Shown here: positions 1-8,600 of the stretch, one piece after another
Layout: the number at the start of each line of letters is the position of its first letter
How positions within the stretch are numbered: position 1 is the first letter of the stretch
Assembly: GCA_040387495.1 (NCBI GenBank)
Contig: JAZKDQ010000006.1
Coordinates: forward strand, 113,391-177,390
DNA: 64,000 nt
Origin: Pseudomonadota bacterium
GTDB taxonomy: Bacteria > Pseudomonadota > Alphaproteobacteria > Paracaedibacterales > CAIOTO01
Reading direction: 5' to 3'
The notes under the pieces: generated by a model
The model's database searches: none
Seen by the model: the letters and a program-made list of their open reading frames with translations, nothing else
Told to the model about the DNA's origin: nothing
Translations under genes and position numbers: made by a program

Positions 1-1
1 A

Positions 2-355
2 AATCCAGCAACACTCATGGAGCAACCTGCACCTGAAGTTAAACCAAATGCACAAGCCACGCTTGATGCGGTTGTCAATACACCAGAAGCAAAGTTTATC
101 CCAGTAGATACAATGCTGTATTACCTACAACTTGGCACATTACCAAATGAAGCTTTGGCTAAAAAGGAAAAGGAACGCCTTCAAAAACGCTATGCCAATG
201 AATTAGCGGGTATGGATCTCAGCATCAAATCCTTTGTAGCATCTGATGGACGAAAAAAATACCGTATCCTTGCAGGACCAACGATCGTTTCACGCAAAGC
301 AGCACTTGATAAGTGCATAAGGCTTGGCAATGCATGCCAGCCGGTCAGAAATTGA
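2..355 (+). CDS. SPOR-domain (peptidoglycan-binding) protein, C-terminal part; the frame is open to the left window edge
   Basis: There is no stop between position 2 and the ATG at 17. The C-terminal ~75 aa (YYLQLGTL...RYRILAGP...A...C) fit the SPOR repeat pattern. Confidence 0.5.
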   Translation, partial: NPATLMEQPAPEVKPNAQATLDAVVNTPEAKFIPVDTMLYYLQLGTLPNEALAKKEKERLQKRYANELAGMDLSIKSFVASDGRKKYRILAGPTIVSRKAALDKCIRLGNACQPVRN

Positions 356-366
356 AGATTACGCGC

Positions 367-1563
367 ATGCTCACCATGAGCCCCAACCCTGCTTACAATA
401 AAAGCTTGTGGGCTATTTCATGGGTTAGCTTTTTTGGTGGCATGGCTAGCACAATGGCGCTTTCTCTTGTATCTTTGTTTATGCACGAGGAGCTCCACCT
501 GACATACACTGAATTAGGTGCTATTGAAGGATTTGCTGTTTTCATGGCCTTTATGGCGAAAGTATTTTCTGGGATTCTAAGTGACTACATCAAGGCACGC
601 AAATCACTCATTCTACTGGGCACGTTTGGAAGTATCCTTATTAAACCAATGTTTGCTCTAGCGGGCGGCATCTTTTGGATTTCTATGGCGCGTACCATTG
701 ATCGTTTTAGCAAAGGCATCAGGGCAGCACCAACAGATGCGCTGATTGCAGATTTATCGGCAGAAAAGGGTGAAGGTAGCAGTTATGGTACACGCTATGC
801 ACTTTACGCTTTGGGATTTGCGTGTGGCGGAGCGATTGCATCGTTGCTAATGCACACCTCATCAAACAATTATCGTCTTGTGTTTTGGTTGTCACTTATT
901 CCAGCAACGTTAGCTTTCCTCATTCTTTATTTTTTCGTAACGGAATCAACTGAAACGAAAGATAAAAAAGTATCGCGTTCAAAAGAATGGAAATGGCGCG
1001 ATATCAGGTACTTACCCACACAATTTTGGCACCTCATGGTTGTTACATTTATTTTAATGAATGCACGTTTTAGTGAATCCTTTTTATCCTTACGTGCAAA
1101 AGATCTAGGATTTGCAATTGCTATAATCCCACTATCAATGGTGTTCTACCATCTAATAGATGCATGCGGTGCCATGTCAACAGGCAAGCTTGCTGATCGC
1201 TTTAACCGCAAAAAAATCTTACTGACAGGAATCCTGGTTTTAACTATAACAAACCTTGTTATGATCTACGCCCCTGCTAAAGAAATTATCTGGGTGGGCA
1301 TGCTACTTGCTGGCTTACATATGGGTATGACACAAGGGCTGTTGGGCACATTGATTGCAGAATCAACCTTACCTCACTTACGGGGCACAGCTTTTGCCTT
1401 GTATTATTTTGTGGCAGGCATTGCTGTATTAACTGGAAATCACATAGCAGGTGCACTGTCAGATTGGATGCATGGCGCGGTGGGCGCCTTTTGGGGTGGT
1501 TTATTCTTTACTGTACTCGCGGCGATATATTTAGCGTTTGTGCTGAGGAAAGAAAATAATTGA
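367..1563 (+). CDS. MFS transporter
   Basis: Polytopic membrane ORF with about 12 hydrophobic segments and an MFS-like loop motif (DRFSKGIRAAPTDAL). I prefer the start at 367 because 313 would overlap the upstream gene. Confidence 0.75.
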   Translation: MLTMSPNPAYNKSLWAISWVSFFGGMASTMALSLVSLFMHEELHLTYTELGAIEGFAVFMAFMAKVFSGILSDYIKARKSLILLGTFGSILIKPMFALAGGIFWISMARTIDRFSKGIRAAPTDALIADLSAEKGEGSSYGTRYALYALGFACGGAIASLLMHTSSNNYRLVFWLSLIPATLAFLILYFFVTESTETKDKKVSRSKEWKWRDIRYLPTQFWHLMVVTFILMNARFSESFLSLRAKDLGFAIAIIPLSMVFYHLIDACGAMSTGKLADRFNRKKILLTGILVLTITNLVMIYAPAKEIIWVGMLLAGLHMGMTQGLLGTLIAESTLPHLRGTAFALYYFVAGIAVLTGNHIAGALSDWMHGAVGAFWGGLFFTVLAAIYLAFVLRKENN

Positions 1564-1607
1564 TGGCTTAACGAACAAACATTCATGGTTTAAGTTAAAA
1601 AATAAAA

Positions 1608-2457
1608 TTAAATACGTTTGATAAGCATCATAAATAAATGCATATGAGAGCGATCTGACAGTCCAGAGAAAATGCTATTTTTAAAATGAATGGCATCTTC
1701 AGTTGATACATCTTTCATCCAGCTTAAACATTCAACACTACATTCGGGATGAACTCCACTTAGCAAGGCCTTACCTTTACCAACGTGACATTCCACTAAG
1801 GCTGCACGTCCTTCGAACCCCTTATTATTATAGCGCGCTAAAATTTGTACATTTGGATATTGATTTGCATCCTTAAAATAGCACCCTCCATTAAAATAAA
1901 CGTTGTAAATTTCATCGCTATTTTGCCATTTAATTTTTGCAATTCTTGATCCAGATTTTGACGCGTAATCATAATCTGCTAACACAGGACCCACGGCTGA
2001 CCCTGGAAAAAATGATAACTCTCTTTCTCCAAGCACTTCATATCCACGTGTATCACCTTTATGAAATTCACAATAATGTGATCCATAATACGCGCCCGCG
2101 CAGAAACCAATATAGGTACCACCAGCCTCCACATATTCCTTTATTTGCACGTTACCAGCGCCATTCAGTTTCTTACAATAAGGTAAGCCAGCTCCTCCTG
2201 GCATAATGCAGGCTGCAGCATCTTTTCGCCATTTACCCCTAATTGTTTGCTCTGCATTAATTTCTTCAACGACATAGAGGTGTGGATCTAATGTATGTGC
2301 ATCTTTACAATTTTGAATGCCTTCCTCGCAAGCTCCCTCGTCATTGTAAATATAGATTATTCGTAAAAACTTCTAGGTTAATTATAGCTGTAGATTGTGC
2401 AGCTCCACTAATCAGCAAAAATGCACACAGAAAATATTTGCTTAATTTCCCAAGCAT
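1608..2457 (-). pseudogene. BPL_N / class I glutamine-amidotransferase-like protein with signal peptide, disrupted by a frameshift
   Basis: The body ORF (1608..2204 plus an upstream in-frame extension) shows the BPL_N pattern RIIYIYNDEG...MPGGAGLPY...GGTYIGFCAGAYY..EF. The signal peptide (MLGKLSKYFLCAFLLISGAAQSTA, ATG at 2457) lies in another frame, and the frames can only be joined between 2344 and 2372. Confidence 0.6.
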
Positions 2458-2493
2458 AATAATCCCTAATGATTCAACTGAAAATTGTTTGTT

Positions 2494-3582
2494 TTAACGA
2501 CTAAGCGTCATCAACAATTCTGACAGAATACCCTCACGTACGCCGCGATCAGCAACACGCAAATGTGGTGTTGGAATAGCATCACAAATGCCTTCTAAGA
2601 TCGCTGATCCAACGACCACTAAATCAGACCTGCCACCGCCAATACATGGGTGGTGCGCTCTAACCTCAGGGCCCATATCAAGCAAGGACTGACTAATTTC
2701 GTGGATATCTGACAGATTCAAAAACACACCATCGATGCGTTTGCGTTCATACCGGGGCAAGCCCATTTTAAGCGCGGCCAACGTTGTGACCGTTCCTGAG
2801 GAACCAACCATTTGCACTTTTCCAGCATCAATGAGCGGTCTAATACCATTCTTTTCCGTGAAACGAACAATTTCATCACGTACTTGACTTCGGATATCAT
2901 TATGAATTTCTGGTGATGCAGCAAATTGTGCATATAGCTCGCTCAAAGTCACAACACCATATGGAATAGATATGGAATCAATCACTTCAAAAAGAATTGG
3001 GTACCCTGGCCGTTGACGCCCATCAGGGTCAATACGAAGCCATATAATTTCAGTGCTACCACCGCCAATGTCAAACACAGCTGCATATGGAATACGAGAG
3101 TTTAGTATACCCGCGCACCCCGTTAGGGCAAGGCGACCTTCCTCTGTTGCAGTAACAATATCAATGTCTAAACCAAGCTCAGCCTTTGCACGATCAACAA
3201 GTACATGACCATTTTTTGCACGACGACATGCTTCGGTTGCAACAGCACGCATGCGTGACACATGACGCATATCAATTTTTTTCTTACAAATGGCAAGTGC
3301 TTCTAATGCACGTCCGATTGCATCTTCTGACAGCATATCATCTTTGTGCAAACCTTCACCAAGACGAACAATCTTGGCAAACGAATCAATAATCTTCCAA
3401 CCGATAGGATTGGGACGTGTTCTGAAAAATGTTTTTTTGAGAGATGCTATATTAACAGAAGCTACAAGGAGGCGGCATGAATTGGTGCCCAAATCAATTG
3501 CTGCAATAACAGGATGGTGAGCATCGCAACGCCCCATTTCAAAAGAATCCGAATCCCTCGAAATGATTTCATCTTCAGACAA
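2494..3582 (-). CDS. Ppx/GppA family phosphatase (exopolyphosphatase-like)
   Basis: ASKHA-fold motifs IAAIDLGTNSCRLLVA and FDIGGGSTE; the length is typical of a short Ppx/GppA. Confidence 0.88.
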   Translation of the reverse strand: MSEDEIISRDSDSFEMGRCDAHHPVIAAIDLGTNSCRLLVASVNIASLKKTFFRTRPNPIGWKIIDSFAKIVRLGEGLHKDDMLSEDAIGRALEALAICKKKIDMRHVSRMRAVATEACRRAKNGHVLVDRAKAELGLDIDIVTATEEGRLALTGCAGILNSRIPYAAVFDIGGGSTEIIWLRIDPDGRQRPGYPILFEVIDSISIPYGVVTLSELYAQFAASPEIHNDIRSQVRDEIVRFTEKNGIRPLIDAGKVQMVGSSGTVTTLAALKMGLPRYERKRIDGVFLNLSDIHEISQSLLDMGPEVRAHHPCIGGGRSDLVVVGSAILEGICDAIPTPHLRVADRGVREGILSELLMTLSR

Positions 3583-3723
3583 TAGCTTTACTCCCTCTAT
3601 CTGTTGCGATCATACCACAATTCAATTGATAAATCTCTTTTTTTTCATCTTGTATTTTGCTATCTTATGTAAGAAAGCTGAATTATGGTATCTACATATT
3701 TATTCTGCTAACAGTTTTCATAT

Positions 3724-3797
3724 TGGGGGATAGTTTAGCGGTAGAACTCCCGGCTCTGGACCGGGCAACTCTGGTTCGAATCCAGGTCCCCCAGCCA
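3724..3797 (+). tRNA. tRNA-Gln (anticodon CUG), CCA encoded
   Basis: Hand-folded cloverleaf. Acceptor TGGGGGA/TCCCCCA, anticodon stem CCCGG/CCGGG with loop CTCTGGA, T-arm TCTGG-TTCGAAT-CCAGG, discriminator G plus CCA. The 3' half closely resembles E. coli tRNA-Gln. Confidence 0.9.
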
Positions 3798-3825
3798 CTT
3801 TAAAATAAATGAAAATTGGTTTTTT

Positions 3826-4869
3826 ATGACATCTATTACTTATGTACTTGTTTCTTTTTCATTATCACTCATCTTTTGCACACTCATAATGCGTTTTAAT
3901 CTTAGTGCCACGCCTACTGAACGTTGCTCGCACGATGCACCCACGCCTACGGCTGGCGGACTCGCATTTGCCTTGATTTTCATCGGGTTTCTATCTTATT
4001 TATTTTTCACAGAAACCTATGCTAAATTACCTTTGGTTTATAATTATCTTATTGCTGCATGTTTGCTTCTGATTGTCAGTCTTTATGATGACTGTAAACC
4101 AGTGTCATATCGTGTGCGCTTAATAACACAATTAATGTGCGCCTTATTGCTTGTAATAGGTGATGGCATCATTGAATCGCCTGTTATAGATGTACAATCA
4201 GACAGTGTTTTGTTCTTTCAAAAAATACTAACAGTCTTCACATTCTTAAGCTTAATTAATGCTGCTAATTTTATTGACGGATTGAACGGTTTACTGAGTC
4301 TATGCATTATGATAACGCTTGGCTTTGCTGGTTTTTGGGTTAACGGGCATCAGCCATTGCTGCACATGCACTGGGTGTTGATTGCCGCCATTTTTGGTTT
4401 TTTCACGTTCAACTTTCCACATGGAAAAATCTTCATGGGCGATACAGGCAGCACATTCTTAGGCCTAACACTTGGTTTTTTTGCCCTTATGGCACAATCG
4501 CATTACCCTGTTTCAACTAATCATGAGACTGCGATATTCAACAAAGGTTTTGTCTTCACACTGTTGCCTATGGCATTCTTATGGTTTGACGTGATATTTA
4601 CACTTCTCCGCCGAATTATACATGGCGAACACTTAGCAGAAGCACACCGTGATCACATGATACATATCTTATTTGACAAAGGGTACAAACACGCTTTTGT
4701 AACATTACTTTATGCATCTGGCACAGTACTAATGGGCTACCTCACATACAAATGTCATATGGAGCAAATAAGTTTCATTATGCTTCTTGGTATCTATGCA
4801 ATTCTTCAAACATCTTTTGTATTGTTTGTCTTTAAAATCCCGCAAAGACATCATAATGAAATGGGCTGA
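3826..4869 (+). CDS. Glycosyltransferase family 4 (MraY/WecA-type polyprenyl-phosphate sugar-1-phosphate transferase)
   Basis: Polytopic membrane protein with the motifs NAANFIDGLNGL and FMGDTGSTFLG. Confidence 0.85.
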   Translation: MTSITYVLVSFSLSLIFCTLIMRFNLSATPTERCSHDAPTPTAGGLAFALIFIGFLSYLFFTETYAKLPLVYNYLIAACLLLIVSLYDDCKPVSYRVRLITQLMCALLLVIGDGIIESPVIDVQSDSVLFFQKILTVFTFLSLINAANFIDGLNGLLSLCIMITLGFAGFWVNGHQPLLHMHWVLIAAIFGFFTFNFPHGKIFMGDTGSTFLGLTLGFFALMAQSHYPVSTNHETAIFNKGFVFTLLPMAFLWFDVIFTLLRRIIHGEHLAEAHRDHMIHILFDKGYKHAFVTLLYASGTVLMGYLTYKCHMEQISFIMLLGIYAILQTSFVLFVFKIPQRHHNEMG

Positions 4870-5590
4870 TGAAGGCATTGTTATCGCCATCACACCCTTT
4901 TCCGAAGACCAAGCACGCTTATCTCTTCACACACGTACAAGTGGTCGCCAATCAGGCTTATTTCGATTAAGCAAACGTCAACCAACGTTACAACTTGGTG
5001 ATTTTGTATCAGCCACCTGGAATGCACGACTGTCGGAGCACCTTGGGCGATTTCAGATCGAACGCCTTGAAAGCTTTGCACCTCGTATGTTTTATGATGC
5101 ATGGCGTCTTTGGCTGTTGCAAAATGCATGCGGGTTAATGGCCACCTTACCTGATCGACATCCATACCCTGTTATTTTTGAGGAATTGCTTTCTTTTATT
5201 AAAGAGTTAACAACGTCCGCTGATCATATGGCTTTTATGCGCATGACTTTGTTTGAAAAAGAAATCTTGGCAGAACTTGGTTTTGGTATAGATCTATCAG
5301 AGTGCTGCGTAACACAAGAACGCTGCAATCTGGCATTTATATCCCCTAAAACGGGGCGCGCTGTGTCCGCTGAAGCAGCGGCACCCTATGTAGATAAATT
5401 GTTGCCCCTACCGGCGTTTTGGTTAAAAAAAGATCCATCCAAAGAAAACCCAGCATGGACAGAAGTTTCAAATGCTTTTCACGTGAACCACTATTTTTGG
5501 CAAAAATGGTTGTTTAATGACAAACAAACATTTCCATCTGTGCGCGCATCGATTATTGAGTATTGCCAAAAGAAAAAGAATCTTTCCTAA
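4856..5590 (+). CDS. recO: DNA repair protein RecO
   Basis: MKWADEGIVIA...GDFVSATWNARL..HLG matches the RecO N-terminal OB-fold pattern. I prefer the internal ATG at 4856 because the 4787 start overlaps the upstream gene. Confidence 0.85.
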   Translation: MKWADEGIVIAITPFSEDQARLSLHTRTSGRQSGLFRLSKRQPTLQLGDFVSATWNARLSEHLGRFQIERLESFAPRMFYDAWRLWLLQNACGLMATLPDRHPYPVIFEELLSFIKELTTSADHMAFMRMTLFEKEILAELGFGIDLSECCVTQERCNLAFISPKTGRAVSAEAAAPYVDKLLPLPAFWLKKDPSKENPAWTEVSNAFHVNHYFWQKWLFNDKQTFPSVRASIIEYCQKKKNLS

Positions 5591-5661
5591 ATTTCCAAAA
5601 CCAAAACTGATTTAGCAAAACAGAAAAGATCCTCAAATTTTATTAATTCAAAATTGGCACC

Positions 5662-8600
5662 TTACGAACAAATCTTTGTTGCTGTATTATAGCTTGTCCC
5701 TGCATTGCAAACACATGTCCCAGACAACGAGCCGAAACCAAGCGTAGAATTTGCTGGACATGCTGCCACACAGGTAGATCCGATAACAAATGGAGTTGCA
5801 CCTTGACACAATGCCGTACATTTTGACCCAGCGCCTGAATTAAATGGTTCAGCTATTGGACATGTTGCAACACATGTTGTGCCACTTTGGTACGGCATGC
5901 TTGCAGGACAAGCTGCTACACACTGTGAACCATACCCAGTATTATACTGCGCTGTACTTGGGCATACAGCTGTACATGCATATGTGCTTGCATCAAAGTA
6001 TGGAGTAGAACCAGAGCACCCACTCGTACATGTTGTTCCATTGAGTGTTGGAGCAGATGCAGGACACGTTGATACACACGAGTTCCCATAAAGATACGGC
6101 GCGATGCTTGGGCAGCTCGACACACATGTCTTACCATCTGAGCTTAAGAATGGTTGCAAGAATGTAGAGCATGAAGATACACATACACCGCTACTTGAAT
6201 AAGGAGTCGTCGTTGGACACGTAGCCACGCAGTCCTTGCCATCTAGTTTTGGCGCATTTGTTGGACATGCCGCGACACAATTATTACCATTTTGGTAAGG
6301 CATACTCGCCGGGCAGGCAGCTAAACAAGTCATATTGCTGAGATACATTGACGCCGGACACTGAGCCGTACATACGCCATCAAGTGAATATGGTGCTGTA
6401 TTTGGACATAATGCGGTACATGTATTCCCGCTTAAATAGGTACCAGTAGGACAAGATGACACACAACTGTTGTTACTCATATAAGGTGAATTTGCCGGAC
6501 ATGAACTCAAACAATTTCCATTATAGAGATAAGTCGACAATGGGCACGTAGCAACACACGATGTACCGCTCGCATATGGTGTAGCACTTGCACAAGTTGA
6601 AACACAATTTTGGGTTGTTGGATCAAGCTTTGTAAGCACAGGACACGTAGCCACACATATATTGTTATTCATGTAAGGCATTGATGTTGGGCATGCGGAA
6701 ACACATGTTGTTCCATTTAAATACGGAGCAGATGCCGGGCAAGCAGACACACAACTATTACCACTTGCATATGGCGACGTCGACGGACACCCTATAACAC
6801 ACATATTATTGCTTATGAAAGGAATAGCTGTTGGGCAGGTTGTCACGCATTTCTTTGTAGAATTGTCCACATACATTGAGGTGGGACACTTAGCTACGCA
6901 TGTATTACCATTTTCATAAGGTGCTGAGGTTGGACAAGATGACACACACGTATTACCGTTTAGATATGGTAGCGCTGCGGGGCAAGACGCTACGCAGGTT
7001 TTACTTGACGTATTAAGATAGGTTGGTGCAGGACATGTATCTACACATGATCTATTATTAGAATAGGGAGTTGAGGCTGGACATGTATCCACACATGTAT
7101 TATTCGATGGATCGACAAAACTTGCTGCTGAGCACCCAGCCACACAGGTCTTTGTTGCTGGATCAAGATACATTGTGCTCGGACACTTAGCAACACATGA
7201 ACTTCCATTTGTGTAAGGTGCTGTCGCTGGACATGCACTAACACATGAATTGTCACTCATAAGAGGCGTAGATGCCGGACACGAAGCCACACATGTGTTC
7301 CCACCCAAGTATGGTGCAGACACTGGACAAGCCGTCACACAACTACTACTTGCAGCATCAATATACGTTGACATTGGACATGTCGCGACGCACGTTTTTC
7401 CGTTCGCATAAGGCGCTGATGTTGGGCAAGTTGCAACGCATGTATTCCCATTCGAAAATGGTGATGATGATGGACATGTGGCAACACAGGTGTGACCACT
7501 TATCTTCGGTGCTCCCGTTGGACAGGTCGCTACACACGTATTAGTACCGCTATCAAAATAAGTTGAATCAGGGCACGATGCAACACATGTTTTATTATTT
7601 GAAATAGATGCAGTTGAAGGACAAGCAGCTGAACAAATGTTCCCATTTAGATATGGAGATGACACTGGGCAGGTTGCAACACATGCATTGCCATTCAGAT
7701 ATGGAGTTGCTGTCGGACATGTTGAAACACAACTCTTTGAAGCAGCATCAAATTTCGTTCCTGTTGGACAAGAAGTTACACATGTTTTGTTGTACAGCGT
7801 AGGTGTTGATGAAGGACATGAAGATACGCATATACTGCCATTCAAATTTGGAGCTGATGAAGGACAAGAGCTTACACATGAATTCCCATTAATATAAGGT
7901 GCTGTTTTCGGACACGTTTTCACACATGTATTTCCGCTTATATAAGGCAAGCTTGCTGAACATGTAGCCTCACAGGTTTTTCGATCTGTATCTAAATAAG
8001 TCGATGAGGGGCAAGAAGATGTGCATGTCCCATTATTGTTAATTGCAGCGTCTGCTGGACACGTTGCAACACACGTTTTTGTTTTTGGATCAATAAGAGT
8101 CGAAGCAGGACATGTAGGAATACATGTTCTTGAAACAGGATTTATATATGTCCCAGATGGACATGTTTTCACGCAAATCTTTGTTGCAAAGTCAAGATAC
8201 ATTGATGATGAGCAAACAGTAACACATGATTTTGTGGTTGAATCAAGATAAGGTGTATTGCCAGCGCATGTAGCTAAACATGTACTGCCAGCACCTGAAT
8301 TATATGGAAATGCTGATGGACAATTTGACACACATGTCTTTGATGAAGGATCAAGATACGTCGATGAAGAGCATTTTGACACACATGTCTTAGTGGCCGT
8401 ATCAAGTGTCATCGTTGTTGGACATGAAGCAACACACGTATTCCCATTCACGTAAGGTAACGATGATGGACACGCAGAAACACACGAGCCTCCACTTATA
8501 TAAGGCTTATCTTTTGGACAACTCGTCAAACAATTACTACCAGAAAGATACTTAGATGTAGGACATGTAGCAACACATGTATTCCCATTTGTATATGGCA

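Noticed and set aside
313-366. Long upstream starts suggested by the ORF track for several genes: 313 for the MFS gene, 4787 for recO, 42247 for surA, 39160 for murD and 11250 for the giant gene.
   Set aside because: These extensions overlap the preceding gene or add non-hydrophobic, non-conserved residues ahead of an obvious signal peptide or conserved N-terminus. Internal ATGs with better context were preferred, but the exact starts remain unverified.
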